From NCBI GenBank assembly GCA_965209055.1, contig OZ242374.1, positions 4,288,001 to 4,352,000 of the forward strand: 64,000 nucleotides of DNA, written 5' to 3'. Shown here piece after piece: positions 1 through 10,665 of this stretch. The notes under the pieces were generated by a model. The model was not told the origin of the DNA. It did no database searches and saw nothing but the letters and a program-made list of their open reading frames with translations. Each line of letters opens with the position of its first letter. Position 1 is the first letter of the stretch. The DNA comes from Acidobacteriota bacterium (GTDB taxonomy: Bacteria; Acidobacteriota; UBA6911; RPQK01; JAJDTT01). The position numbers and the translations under genes were made by a program.

Positions 1-380
1 ACCCCAAAGAGGTGGAGCCGCTGAACATCGATTCGTACAACGAGGACCTGGACGCGGATCAGCGCGGGCGGATCGAGGCCTGCCTGTTCAAGCGGATTCC
101 CGTGCTTCGGGAGATGGAATACCACCACGGATACGCGTCCATCTATACGATCATGGACGACTGGCACCCGGTCGTGGGACCGGAGCCCCACATCGAGGGC
201 TACTACGCCTTCTTCGGAGGCAGCGGCCATGGCTTCAAGATCGGCCCGCCGCTGGGTGAGGCGCTGGCGGACATCATCGCGGGTGACGAACCCGAGATCG
301 ACATTCACCAGTTTCGGCCGTCCCGCTTCCTGGAAGGGGAGACCTTCTCCTCGGCCTGGGGAGGCGGAAACCGGGGTTGA
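1..380 (+). CDS. FAD-dependent oxidoreductase (DAO / sarcosine oxidase beta family), C-terminal part, truncated by window start
   Basis: C-terminal family motif 'YTIMDDWHPVVG...GGSGHGFKIGPPLGEALAD'. The frame is open back to the window edge. Confidence 0.8.
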   Translation, partial: PKEVEPLNIDSYNEDLDADQRGRIEACLFKRIPVLREMEYHHGYASIYTIMDDWHPVVGPEPHIEGYYAFFGGSGHGFKIGPPLGEALADIIAGDEPEIDIHQFRPSRFLEGETFSSAWGGGNRG

Positions 381-407
381 AGGGAACGAAATTTCCAAGG
401 GGGAACG

Positions 408-590
408 ATGGAACCCGATAAGACCGAAACCCGGGACGACAGGGGAGAATCCTATCGGTACGCCAGCCATGAGCTCGACCTGATGGACCGGGTCGAGTTG
501 CCGCGGCTGAACCCCTGGTTGAGCCTGGCCCTGCTGGTCCTGGCCGGTTTCGCCTACGTCTGGATCTGGGGAGTTCTCCTGCGAGGATAA
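408..590 (+). CDS. Small single-TM membrane protein, probable partner of the downstream SSS transporter
   Basis: 60 aa with one C-terminal hydrophobic segment. Purine-rich RBS (AAGGGGGAA). Stop lies 3 nt before the SSS start. Confidence 0.6.
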   Translation: MEPDKTETRDDRGESYRYASHELDLMDRVELPRLNPWLSLALLVLAGFAYVWIWGVLLRG

Positions 591-593
591 GCG

Positions 594-2039
594 ATGGAAG
601 AGTTCCAGCCCTCCTGGTGGCTGATCGCAACCTACCTGCTCCTGATGTTCGGGATCGGCATCTGGGCCGCCCGGACGCGGGTCGGCCGGATGGAGGACAT
701 GGCCGTCGCCGGCCGCAGCTCCGGACCCTGGTTGATCGCCTTCTCGGTGGCCGCAACCTGGATCAACGGGACCACCCTGATCGGGATCTCGGGAGTGGCC
801 AAGGACTTCGGCTTGAGCGCCTACTGGACCGGCGGTTCATTCGTCCTCGCCACCATCTGGATGTCCTACTACGTGGTCCCGCGCCTTCGGGCCACCCGAA
901 TCATCACCGTTCCCCAACTCTTCGAGCGCTTCTACGGCCCCCGTCACCGCCTCGTTTCCCTTTCCCTCATCATCCTTCGGGACTTGGGCGCCACCGCGGG
1001 AGTCATGGGTTCCCTGGCCGTGGTCACTTCCAGCATCCTGCAGATCTCGCTGCTGCAGTCCCTGGCGCTGGTCGGGGCCTTGACCCTGGTCTACGTCTTC
1101 CTGGGTGGGATGTGGGCCATCCTGGTGACGGACGCGATCCAGTTCTTCATCGTCTCCATCGGATCCGTCGCGCTCGTGGTTTTCGGTTTTCTGGGCGCCG
1201 GAGGTTTTTCCGTACTGCGGTCCATCGAGGACCCGGACTTTCTCGGCAGCTTCGGCACCGGCGGTCCCAGCCAGGTCATCGCCTGGGTCATCATCGGCAT
1301 ATCCATCACCTTCGGCTATCAGAGCGTGATTCAGCGGGGGTTGGCGGCCTCCAGCACGGCCGCCGCCCACAAGGGATTCCTCTACGGCGGGATCATCTCG
1401 ACGATCTGGTACATGGTTCCGCCGCTGATCGGCGTCTTGGGGCGGGCCCTCTACGGAGCGGACATCTCCGGCGACGACGTATTCCTCCAAATGACCTTCG
1501 GCGTGGCCGGGGGGCAATTGGGCAGCATAATCATCGTGGGGATCCTGGCCGCCAGCATGTCCACTCTCGACTCCACCATCAACACCATCGCCTCCAACTT
1601 CACCATCGATATCTACAACCGGTTCCTCAATCCCAACGCCAGTCCCAGGGCTCAGCTCTGGCTCTACCGCCTGAACGTCATTCTGGTCGGCGCGCTGGCC
1701 GCCGCCATTTACTACGTTTTTCCCTTGATGATCGAACTGTTCTGGCTGGGCGGACGGATCATGGGAGCTTCGGTGGCGCCCGTGGTGGCGGCGATGGTCC
1801 TGTTTCCCCGAGTCCGGCGGGCTCCCAGAACCGTTCTCACCTCCATGCTGACCGGAGCCAGCGTGATCATCCTCTACCAGGTCCTGGGAAGCGTCCAGGA
1901 GGTGGGCACCATCGTGGTCGTCTGGACCATCGATCCCATTCTGATCGGGGTGCCCATCACTGTCTCGCTGCTGGCGCTCGGAACCTGGTGGGAGACGCGC
2001 GATGCGCGTCCGATCCGACCGGACTCGTCAAAGCCGTAA
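594..2039 (+). CDS. Sodium:solute symporter (SSS) family transporter
   Basis: About 13 hydrophobic segments. SSS motifs 'VAGRS.GPWLIAFSVAATW', 'YVFLGGMWAILVTDAIQ' and 'GILAASMSTLDS'. Confidence 0.9.
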   Translation: MEEFQPSWWLIATYLLLMFGIGIWAARTRVGRMEDMAVAGRSSGPWLIAFSVAATWINGTTLIGISGVAKDFGLSAYWTGGSFVLATIWMSYYVVPRLRATRIITVPQLFERFYGPRHRLVSLSLIILRDLGATAGVMGSLAVVTSSILQISLLQSLALVGALTLVYVFLGGMWAILVTDAIQFFIVSIGSVALVVFGFLGAGGFSVLRSIEDPDFLGSFGTGGPSQVIAWVIIGISITFGYQSVIQRGLAASSTAAAHKGFLYGGIISTIWYMVPPLIGVLGRALYGADISGDDVFLQMTFGVAGGQLGSIIIVGILAASMSTLDSTINTIASNFTIDIYNRFLNPNASPRAQLWLYRLNVILVGALAAAIYYVFPLMIELFWLGGRIMGASVAPVVAAMVLFPRVRRAPRTVLTSMLTGASVIILYQVLGSVQEVGTIVVVWTIDPILIGVPITVSLLALGTWWETRDARPIRPDSSKP

Positions 2040-2093
2040 CCGGCGGACCAGGTCCGGGTCCGGATTCAGCAACCTCAAACAAGGAATTCGCCA

Positions 2094-3347
2094 GTGACCG
2101 TCAAGACCAAGTTTCTTGTTCTCGCCATGCCATGGTGGATGATGACGCTCGGGGCATCGTCTTGGACACAGCAGGCCGCAGGCGGCAGGCCCGGCCCCAT
2201 GCTCCACACCGAAAAAACCGTGGTCGCCGAGTCGCCCGATCCGGGGAGGCTGTTCGTCTACGAACCGGCGCTGGTGAAGCTTCCCAGCGGCCGGCTCTTG
2301 GTGACCTTCGAACACACCCTGATTGACGCGAACGCCCAGGTGCCTCGCCGGTTTCGGCTGGCCGTCAGTGACGACGGAGGCCGGACCTGGCGGCAGCTTC
2401 CTCCGCTCGATCTGCACTCCGCGCAGCCGTTCGTGCATGAATCCAAGTTGTATCTTCTTGGAAATCTGGCCATCCGCCGGAACATCGTGATCCTGCGCTC
2501 CAACAACGAAGGACGATCCTGGACGGAGCCGGTCACGTTGTTCGAGGGAAGCTACTGGAACGCGCCCACCGGGGTCCTGATCAAGGACCGGCGCCTCTAC
2601 CGGTCCTTCAACCTGCACCAGGACGCCGACGGCACGCCGAATCTGCGAAATTACCAGGGGTGCGTCGTCATTGCCGGGGACCTCTCACGGAATCTGCTGG
2701 ACAGGTCCGCCTGGCGAATGTCCGACCGGCTGGACTACCCGGGCACCCCGCCGCTCTTGACCCGCGTGCCGGCTGCCGGACGACGCCCGGACCACTGGCT
2801 CGAATCAAACCTGGTGGGGGTGAAGGGTGAGATCCGAGGTTTCCATCGGCTCCGCGTTCCCGGCGGAGCCGCTCAAGGTCTGACGCATCAATCCACCGCC
2901 GGACTGGCGGCGGTCACCGACCTCGCGGATGACGGGACGACCTTGAGACACACCTTCGGGCAGTTCTTTCCGATGCCTGGGGCGCAGAACAAATTTCACA
3001 TCATCCGCGACGAACCTTCCGGATTGTATTGGATGGCGGGCAACATCCCCGTCGATTCGCTGGGCGGCGCCCCGGGGGGCGACGATCGGCGGATTCTGAT
3101 CCTGATGTACAGTGTCGACGCCCACAACTGGTTCCAGGCCGGCTGCGTGGCCATGACCAGGAAGCCTCGCGAAGCTTACAACTACGCGTCTCTGCTGCCG
3201 GAAGGGGATGACCTGCTGCTGGCGGTGCGGACGGCGCTGGGAGGCCGGCATTCGCAGGCGAAGAGTACGCACATCACGTTTCACCGCGTCCGGGGCTTCC
3301 GGTCGCTGGCCCTGGATCTTCCCGGCCGCCGCGACGCCGGCGATTGA
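2094..3347 (+). CDS. Secreted sialidase-like / BNR (Asp-box) beta-propeller protein
   Basis: Signal-peptide-like N-terminus. Asp-boxes SDDGGRTW and SNNEGRSW. No FRIP motif. Confidence 0.7.
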   Translation: MTVKTKFLVLAMPWWMMTLGASSWTQQAAGGRPGPMLHTEKTVVAESPDPGRLFVYEPALVKLPSGRLLVTFEHTLIDANAQVPRRFRLAVSDDGGRTWRQLPPLDLHSAQPFVHESKLYLLGNLAIRRNIVILRSNNEGRSWTEPVTLFEGSYWNAPTGVLIKDRRLYRSFNLHQDADGTPNLRNYQGCVVIAGDLSRNLLDRSAWRMSDRLDYPGTPPLLTRVPAAGRRPDHWLESNLVGVKGEIRGFHRLRVPGGAAQGLTHQSTAGLAAVTDLADDGTTLRHTFGQFFPMPGAQNKFHIIRDEPSGLYWMAGNIPVDSLGGAPGGDDRRILILMYSVDAHNWFQAGCVAMTRKPREAYNYASLLPEGDDLLLAVRTALGGRHSQAKSTHITFHRVRGFRSLALDLPGRRDAGD

Positions 3348-3445
3348 CGTCTGCTCAACGGAGGTCAGACGCCTCTCCCCGTGCCGGCCACAGAATTTGC
3401 GTGAGACGTGACGGCGCCTTTCGGCGAACAGAGGAGGTAGCAACC

Positions 3446-4576
3446 ATGCGGGTGTTTCAGCCATTCCAAATGGAACGGATGATGTCCCGGTTCGAGAAGG
3501 AGGTGAAATTCAATCTCTCGGAGAGCGGCGCCCATCCGGTCCTGCTCCGGGAGCTCGTCGATCGGGAGAACGGCACTCTTGAGGGCTTGCTGGACACCGA
3601 TCTGAACTATCCCCACACCAACGGAATACCTGAGCTTTGGCGGAACATTGCGCGGCTCTATCCGGGCGCAACGCCTGAGAACGTCCTGGTGACGGTCGGT
3701 GCCATCGAGGCCAACTACCTCGTGATCAGAACCCTTCTGGACCCCGGCGACGAGATCGTCGTCATGCTCCCGAACTACATGCAGATCTGGGGACTGGCGA
3801 AGAACCACGGCCTTGCATTGAAGACCTTTCATCTGCGGGAGGAAACGGGCTGGGCGCCGGATCTGGCCGAACTGGAGTCAATGGCGACGGCCAACACCCG
3901 GCTGATCGCGGTATGCAATCCCAACAACCCGACCGGGCGCGTTCTGACCGAATCCGAAATGGAGGCCGTCATCGAGATCGCTGACCGGTCCGGAAGCTGG
4001 ATCCTGGCCGATGAAGTCTATGCCGGGGCCGAGCGCGTCACCGACCAGGAGACGCCGACCTTCTATGGAAGGTACGACAAGGTCCTGGCAACGGGGAGCC
4101 TGAGCAAGGCCTACGGGCTTCCGGGCCTGAGGATCGGCTGGGTCGTGGCGCCGGGCGGCATGGTGGACGAATTCTGGGCACGGCATGAATACACGACCAT
4201 CAGCGCGACCATGCTTTCCAACCGGCTGGCGGCCCTGGCCCTGTCTCCCGAAGTCCGCCCCTGGCTGGTGCGCCGCACCCGTTCCTACATCCGTCGAGGT
4301 TATCCCATACTCCGAAGCTGGATGGACCGGCATCCGGGCACCTTCAGCCTGAGGCCGCCGGACGCCGGGGCGATCGCCTTCATTCGTTACCATTTGGAGA
4401 TCAACTCGATCCGGCTGGCCCGGCGGCTCGCCTTGGAAAAGAGTGTCCTGATCATGCCGGGAGATCACTTTGGCATCGATCACTTCCTGCGCGTGAGTTT
4501 CGGTCTGCCGCACGGTTACCTGAGCCCTGCTCTGGACCGAATTCACGATATGATCGAGGAACTGAAGGTTCGATGA
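3446..4576 (+). CDS. PLP-dependent aminotransferase class I/II
   Basis: GGAGG RBS before ATG 3446. Motifs 'CNPNNPTG', 'LADEVY' and PLP-lysine 'SLSKAYGLPGLRIGW'. Confidence 0.9.
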   Translation: MRVFQPFQMERMMSRFEKEVKFNLSESGAHPVLLRELVDRENGTLEGLLDTDLNYPHTNGIPELWRNIARLYPGATPENVLVTVGAIEANYLVIRTLLDPGDEIVVMLPNYMQIWGLAKNHGLALKTFHLREETGWAPDLAELESMATANTRLIAVCNPNNPTGRVLTESEMEAVIEIADRSGSWILADEVYAGAERVTDQETPTFYGRYDKVLATGSLSKAYGLPGLRIGWVVAPGGMVDEFWARHEYTTISATMLSNRLAALALSPEVRPWLVRRTRSYIRRGYPILRSWMDRHPGTFSLRPPDAGAIAFIRYHLEINSIRLARRLALEKSVLIMPGDHFGIDHFLRVSFGLPHGYLSPALDRIHDMIEELKVR

Positions 4577-4622
4577 AAGGAGCGGGAAAAGCCATGGCCT
4601 CGAGATCCCAGGAGGATCACCC

Positions 4623-6473
4623 ATGATCACAGGTCTCAGGACACCGATTGCGGTTTTCGCGCTCGTGGGCTTGTTGTCGGCGGGAGCCGGGATCCTGACG
4701 GCCGGAACTTCGGGTGTGCCGGATCCACCGGTCCTGCTTCCCGACGGGACGGAGTTCCAGACCTGGGAAGATGTGACCGACTACCGGCGGGTCTACTACG
4801 TGGACCAGCGGCACCCCGTGGCGGCGGACGACAACCCGGGCACCGAAGAGGCCCCTTTTCTGACGATCCAACGTGCGGCGGACGTGGTCCGGCCCGCGGA
4901 AAAGGTCTTGATCAAATCGGGCCTCTACCGTGAGTGGGTCCGGCCGCGGCTGGGGGGCACGGGCCCGGACGGCATGGTCAGCTTCGAGGCGGCGCCGGGC
5001 GCGGAGGCCGTCATCAGCGGGTCCGAGGTGCTGAGGGCCGTGTGGACCAACTCGGGACGGTCCAAGTCGGCCAACGTCTGGAAGGCGGATCTGCCCCCCG
5101 AGTTCTTCGGCGACAACCACCCGTTTGCCGCCGTCAACACTTCAGACGCCGACTTCGCGGTCATGCGCTGGGCCCGGGCGGAGCGGGGACGGATCCCCCA
5201 CACCCTGCCGCGAGCCATGGTGTTTCAGGACGGGCGGCGCCTGACCCAGTTGGCCCGGATCGAGGAGTTGCACCGGGTCGCCGGCACGTTCTGGATCGAC
5301 GGGGAGAACCGGCAACTGCACCTCAACCCGTTCGACCGCAGGGACCCCAACACCCGGCAGATCGAGGTGACCACACGGCAGTTCCTGATCAACCCCCTGG
5401 TGAAGGGGATGGAATACATCCGGATCAAGGGGCTCACGTTCGAGCATGCCGGCAACGGATTCATCCGCTCCGGAAACGGCGCCATCACGACCTGGGGCGG
5501 CCGCCATTGGATCATCGAGGAAAACACCGTCCGGCACGTCAACGCGGTGGGCATCGAGATCGGCGCGTTCACCGAAGAGGGCCCCAACGCAGGGAACCGG
5601 AACGAGCTGGCGAAGACGACGGGAGACCACCTGGTGCGCCGCAACCACGTGTACGATTGCGGCACCGGCGGCATTCAGGGAACCGTCGTCTCCCGCAGCC
5701 TCGTTTCCGACAATCACGTCCACGACTGCGGTTGGCAGGACGTCGAGCGCTACTGGGAGGTGGCGGGCATCAAGCTCCTGATCATGCTGGATTCCGTCGT
5801 CACGCGGAATCACGTTCACGATTGCTATGCCTCGTCGGGAATCTGGATCGATTTCGCGAACCGGAACACGCGGGTCACCCGGAACCTGATTCACGACATC
5901 TCCAGTTACGCCGGGGGGCTCTTCTTCGAGGCCTCCAACGTCATCAACCTGATCGATCACAATGTCGTCTACAACGTCCAGGGCTCCGGTTTCTACTTGC
6001 ACGACTCCGACCGGCTCCTGGTGACCCACAACCTGCTGGTGAACTGCGCGCCGTACGGCATCCGCATGACGAAGACCAAGACCCGGGACCGGGTGGGCGT
6101 ATCCAAGCACAACCGCGTGATCAACAATGTCGTCGCCGAGTGCCCGGTGCCGTTCGAATACGCCAATACGGAGAACGTGTCGGATTACAACATCGTCTCG
6201 GGGGCAGGACAGAACTTCAGCTTGGCCGAATGGCAGTCGACCGGCCTGGACTCCCACAGCCGAACGGCAAACCTCGACATTGCCATCGGACCCGAGGACG
6301 GGATCCTGTCCTGGTCGGCTCGGAAAGACGAGGTCCTGAAGGTGACCCGCGACGAACGGATGGGTTTCGACTACTTCGGCCGCAAATACCCCGGCGGTGT
6401 GATCACAGTGGGACCCTTCATTGAAGGTTGGAGTCCGGCCCACCGCCGGTTGAAACTCGTTCTCATCAAATGA
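4623..6473 (+). CDS. Secreted right-handed parallel beta-helix protein (DUF1565 / pectate-lyase-like fold)
   Basis: Signal peptide, 'DDNPGTEEAPFLTIQRAAD...GLYRE' N-terminal motif, and repeated 'N.VHDC...GI' beta-helix turns. Confidence 0.75.
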   Translation: MITGLRTPIAVFALVGLLSAGAGILTAGTSGVPDPPVLLPDGTEFQTWEDVTDYRRVYYVDQRHPVAADDNPGTEEAPFLTIQRAADVVRPAEKVLIKSGLYREWVRPRLGGTGPDGMVSFEAAPGAEAVISGSEVLRAVWTNSGRSKSANVWKADLPPEFFGDNHPFAAVNTSDADFAVMRWARAERGRIPHTLPRAMVFQDGRRLTQLARIEELHRVAGTFWIDGENRQLHLNPFDRRDPNTRQIEVTTRQFLINPLVKGMEYIRIKGLTFEHAGNGFIRSGNGAITTWGGRHWIIEENTVRHVNAVGIEIGAFTEEGPNAGNRNELAKTTGDHLVRRNHVYDCGTGGIQGTVVSRSLVSDNHVHDCGWQDVERYWEVAGIKLLIMLDSVVTRNHVHDCYASSGIWIDFANRNTRVTRNLIHDISSYAGGLFFEASNVINLIDHNVVYNVQGSGFYLHDSDRLLVTHNLLVNCAPYGIRMTKTKTRDRVGVSKHNRVINNVVAECPVPFEYANTENVSDYNIVSGAGQNFSLAEWQSTGLDSHSRTANLDIAIGPEDGILSWSARKDEVLKVTRDERMGFDYFGRKYPGGVITVGPFIEGWSPAHRRLKLVLIK

Positions 6474-6489
6474 GAACCACCGGGCAGCG

Positions 6490-8265
6490 TCACCGCCTCT
6501 GGCGGGACCCGGCAAGACGGCCACGCCGGCTTCGCGTGGCCTGGAGATCCACTGCCGTTCCGGACGCATCCAGGACGACGCCGTAGACGTCCCGGGCCCG
6601 ATCCCGCGTCACCTTGCCTTGGGCCACGTCTTCCAGCACTCGCTCGGGGTCCCGCTCCAGTGGAGTCCCGTAGCCACCGCCGCCCGGCGTCCGGTAGCTG
6701 ATGACGGAGCCGGGCTGGAGCTGCAATGTGACCTTGGATGGGAGTTCCTTCGCTTCTCCGTCCGGGTTGAGAATGTACCTGGAGGGAGATCCGCTCCCCC
6801 CTCCGAACAGCCCCCAGGGCGCAAATTTCCGGTTGTCGGAGAAGACCGTCAGCGTGGCCTCGTGGCCGGGGAACTTCCAGTCGCGGCGCAGACCCAATCC
6901 TCCCCGGTAGCGGCCGGCCCCTTCCGAGTCCGGAATCAGCTCGTAGCGGGTGATCAGGAAGGGCAGATTGTTCTCAGTCTCCTCGATGGCCGAGTTCTCC
7001 GTGTTCTGGATATGGGACTGGACGGCGTCCATTCCGTCCTTGGTGGGAAGGCCTCCCCATCCGCCGGCCATGGTCTCGATGAAGGTGTAGTACTCACCGG
7101 TGCGGGGATCGGTTCCCCCGCAGGCCATGTGGCAGTTGATGCTCTTGGTGCTGGCCATGACCTTGTTCGGCATCGCGTCCGAAAGGGCCTGGAAACCCAG
7201 ACAGCACAGCCGCATGACCACTTCCCAGCCGCCGACCACGCCCACCGGGGGAGTTGCATTCACCACCGTTCCCGGAGGCGCCTTCACGTCGATGAGCCGG
7301 TAGAAGCCTTCGTTGGTGGGAATATCGGAATCGATCAGGCACTTGACGACGTAGGCCAGGGGCGAATAGGTCTGGGTCAAGGTGGCGTTCATGGGAGAGC
7401 TGCGCTGGTCGTCCGATCCGGTGAGATCGAACGAGACCCGCCCCTTCTTGATCTCCACCTTCAGCGCCAGCCGGATCGGCCGGTCCGTCACCCCGTCATC
7501 GTCCAGCAGGGTTTCGGTTTCGTAGACTCCATCCGGGAGTTTCGAGATCTCGGCCCGGGCCCAGCGCTCGGTGTACTCGATCAGCTCATCGACGAAGATC
7601 TCCACCGACTCCGCGCCGAACCTGGAGAGAATCTCGGCCATCCGTTTCTGTCCCAGCAGCGAGGCGGCGATCTGGGCCCGAAAATCCCCTGTGGACTGCC
7701 GTGGCGAGCGGATGTTGGCCAGGATGAGGCGGAAGACATCGTCGACAATCTCCCCCTCGGAAACCAGCTTGGCCGGGGGAATGATGATCCCTTCCTGGTA
7801 GAGCTCCGTGGAAATGCAGTAGCCACCCGGCGCATAACCGCCGATGTCCACATGGTGCGCGATGGTGGCCGCGTACCCGTGGATCTGCCCGCCGCTGAAG
7901 AAGGGGGCCATGATGGCCACGTCGTTGAGGTGGACGCCGCCCCGATAGGGGTGGTTCATGACCAGGGCGTCGCCTGGCCGAAGCTTCTCGATCCCGTATT
8001 GGCGGATGGTGTTGGGAATCATTCTGGACATGGATGCCAGATGCACCGGCTGGGAGAAGGACTGGGCGATGATGCGGAGCTTGGAGTCGAACAGCGCACA
8101 GGAGAAGTCGGATCGGGTCTTGATGTTGGTGGAATAAGCCGCCTTTCTCAGGGCGGCGCCCATCTCGTCGGCGGCGGCTTCGAAGGCGCTGCGAATGACT
8201 TCGAACCGGATGGGGTCCATCCTGAGGGCCGCAGCCTTTTTTTCCGTCTCATGGCTCTTGCTCAT
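6490..8265 (-). CDS. Hydantoinase B / oxoprolinase family protein
   Basis: 'DPIRFEVI...EMGAAL...AYSTNIK..DFSCALFD', 'HPYRGGVHLND', 'HHVDIGG', 'DSEGAGRYRGG', 'TPGGGGYG'. ATGA overlap with the A subunit. Confidence 0.9.
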   Translation of the reverse strand: MSKSHETEKKAAALRMDPIRFEVIRSAFEAAADEMGAALRKAAYSTNIKTRSDFSCALFDSKLRIIAQSFSQPVHLASMSRMIPNTIRQYGIEKLRPGDALVMNHPYRGGVHLNDVAIMAPFFSGGQIHGYAATIAHHVDIGGYAPGGYCISTELYQEGIIIPPAKLVSEGEIVDDVFRLILANIRSPRQSTGDFRAQIAASLLGQKRMAEILSRFGAESVEIFVDELIEYTERWARAEISKLPDGVYETETLLDDDGVTDRPIRLALKVEIKKGRVSFDLTGSDDQRSSPMNATLTQTYSPLAYVVKCLIDSDIPTNEGFYRLIDVKAPPGTVVNATPPVGVVGGWEVVMRLCCLGFQALSDAMPNKVMASTKSINCHMACGGTDPRTGEYYTFIETMAGGWGGLPTKDGMDAVQSHIQNTENSAIEETENNLPFLITRYELIPDSEGAGRYRGGLGLRRDWKFPGHEATLTVFSDNRKFAPWGLFGGGSGSPSRYILNPDGEAKELPSKVTLQLQPGSVISYRTPGGGGYGTPLERDPERVLEDVAQGKVTRDRARDVYGVVLDASGTAVDLQATRSRRGRLAGSRQRR

Positions 8266-10352
8266 GGCTGTCCGTCCTGGATCAGAATGTTGCCGTGGAG
8301 GTCGACGTCCGCCTGGTAGTCCGGATGGAGGACCACGGTCGAATCCACCTCCTCCACGATGGCCGGCCCCATGATGCGGTCTCCTGACTTCAGGCGATAG
8401 CGATCGTAGACCTTGCACGGGACCGCACCACCACGCTCGGCAAAGTGGACGGGCCGTTCATTCTTGACGGCATCGCCGGCGTCACCCGTACCGGTCTCGA
8501 GCCGGCGCAGGCGCGGCTGCCGGATCCTCCCGACGGCGGTCAGCCTCAGTGCCACCGCTTCCGTCGGTTCCGTGTCGTCGGCATAGCCGTAAGCCCGCTC
8601 GTGTTCCTTGTAGAAGGCCGCGTTCACGGTTCTTTTGTCGCCCTCCGTCAGGTCTCGACCAGGAATCTCGATCTTCAATTCGTATCCCTGACCCACGTAC
8701 CTCATGTCCAGATAGTGGGCAAAGGTGACGTCTTCCCCGGAAATGCCCTCGGAGAACAGGACATCCCGGCCACGTTCGGCCAATTCGGAGAAGGACCGGT
8801 TGAGAAGCTCGAGATCGAGTGAATCGATCTGCTGATGAAAGGCGCGGACATAATCGTGCTTGATGTCGCTCACCAGCAATCCCAGGGCGGAGGTCACCCC
8901 CGGGCTCATGGGAATGAGCACCTTGGGAATCCCCAACTCCCGGGCCAACCCGTTGGCGTGCATGGGTCCGGCGCCCCCGAAGGCGACCAATACGAAGTCC
9001 CGTGGATCGAAGCCCCTTTGAACCGAGATGGTCCGGACCGCGCCGATCATGTTGGCGTTGGCGATCTCGATGATCCCGTTGGCCGTCTCCACCACGCCCA
9101 GTCCCAACCGGCCGGCCAGTTGTCGGACCGCCGCTTCCGCCAGCTCCGGATCGAGCGTCTGTTCTCCCCCGATGAAATAGTCCGGGTTGAGACGTCCCAG
9201 CACCAGGTTGGCGTCGGTGATGCACGGTTCCTTCTGGCCCTTTCCGTAGCAGGCGGGGCCCGGATCGGCGCCGCCGCTTCGCGGCCCGACCCGCAACGCG
9301 CCTCCGGGATCGATCCAGGCGATGCTCCCGCCGCCGGCGCCGATCTCCACCAGGTCGACCACGGGAGTCCTGACCGGGTATCCGGCTCCCTTGCTCTCCG
9401 CCACGGCGGCGCTGCCGACTTCGAAATGGGGCGCGATCTTGACGTTTCCCCCTTCCACCAGCCCGAGCTTGGCGGTGGTGCCTCCCATGTCGAAACTGAT
9501 GACGTCCCGGGTCCCCACCAGTTCTCCCAGGTAACGCGTCGCGATGACCCCGGCCGCCGGTCCCGATTCGATCAGGTGGACCGGTTCCCGCTTGGCCACG
9601 TCCGAGGCCATGACCCCGCCGGCCGAGGTCATGAGGTGCAACCCCACGCCGACACCCAAACGGGCCAACCGGTTCTCCAGGTTCTCCAGGTAGCGGGTCA
9701 CGATGGGCATCACCACGGCGTTGATGGCGGTGGTGCTGGCGCGAAAGTACTCCCTCATCTCCGGACAGAGATCGGACGAGATGGACAGAAACACTCCCGG
9801 CAATTCCTCCCGAAGGAGGTCGCGAACCCGTTTCTCGTGCGACGGGTTGACGTACGAATGCAGCAGGCAGACGGCCACCGACTCGACGGCGGCCTCCTTC
9901 ATGCGGCGGGCCACTTCCCGCGCCGATTCCTCATCCAGGGGAGTGAGGACCTGGCCGGCGTAGTCCAGGCGCCCCGGCACTCCGTAGCATCGGTTCCGCG
10001 GAATCACCGGCTTCGGCTTCTCGCAAAAGATGTCGTAGAGTCTGGGCCGGATCTGCCGGGCGATTTCCAGGACGTCCCGAAACCCCTCGGTGGCGACCAG
10101 GGCTGTCCGGGCGCCCTTCCCCTCAATGAGTGTATTGGTCGCCACAGTGGTCCCATGGACGTTGTAGGAGACGTCCGCGGCGGCCACCTTGGATTCTCTC
10201 AAGGCACGTTCCACCGTGTTCAGAAATCCCACCGAGGGATCGCTGGGGGTGCTGGCCATTTTCACGAGCCGCAACTCTCCGGTGGACTCGTTCATCATGA
10301 CCAGGTCCGTGAACGTCCCCCCGATGTCCACACCGATTCGATAGCTGTCCAT
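8262..10352 (-). CDS. Hydantoinase A / oxoprolinase family protein (ATP-binding subunit)
   Basis: 'IGVDIGGTFTD', 'HGTTVATN', 'ESGPAAG', 'FDMGGTT', 'IGAGGGSIA', 'GADPGPACYG'. Confidence 0.92.
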   Translation of the reverse strand: MDSYRIGVDIGGTFTDLVMMNESTGELRLVKMASTPSDPSVGFLNTVERALRESKVAAADVSYNVHGTTVATNTLIEGKGARTALVATEGFRDVLEIARQIRPRLYDIFCEKPKPVIPRNRCYGVPGRLDYAGQVLTPLDEESAREVARRMKEAAVESVAVCLLHSYVNPSHEKRVRDLLREELPGVFLSISSDLCPEMREYFRASTTAINAVVMPIVTRYLENLENRLARLGVGVGLHLMTSAGGVMASDVAKREPVHLIESGPAAGVIATRYLGELVGTRDVISFDMGGTTAKLGLVEGGNVKIAPHFEVGSAAVAESKGAGYPVRTPVVDLVEIGAGGGSIAWIDPGGALRVGPRSGGADPGPACYGKGQKEPCITDANLVLGRLNPDYFIGGEQTLDPELAEAAVRQLAGRLGLGVVETANGIIEIANANMIGAVRTISVQRGFDPRDFVLVAFGGAGPMHANGLARELGIPKVLIPMSPGVTSALGLLVSDIKHDYVRAFHQQIDSLDLELLNRSFSELAERGRDVLFSEGISGEDVTFAHYLDMRYVGQGYELKIEIPGRDLTEGDKRTVNAAFYKEHERAYGYADDTEPTEAVALRLTAVGRIRQPRLRRLETGTGDAGDAVKNERPVHFAERGGAVPCKVYDRYRLKSGDRIMGPAIVEEVDSTVVLHPDYQADVDLHGNILIQDGQP

Positions 10353-10665
10353 GTCCTTGACTTTGAGCCGGCGTCACCCTTCCGGGGCCGGTATCGGCGC
10401 TTTCCCAGCCGGCACATTACGATACCGCAATCGAACCCGCTGATCCCGTCATACCGAGTCTCCAGCGTTGTTTCGGGGCTCGGAATCCTCTCCGATGGCA
10501 CTGCACCAGGCCACTGAGAATCTTGTCATCGGCCGGATCCGTTCCCTACAATCAACTGGATTTTAGAGAACGGCGCCAGGAAGGAGGTGACCTACGAGAA
10601 GAGGGAACCGTCGGGAACCTGCTCAACAAAGGAGCGCCCGTGCCTCTCGTCTCCAACCCTCTCGC

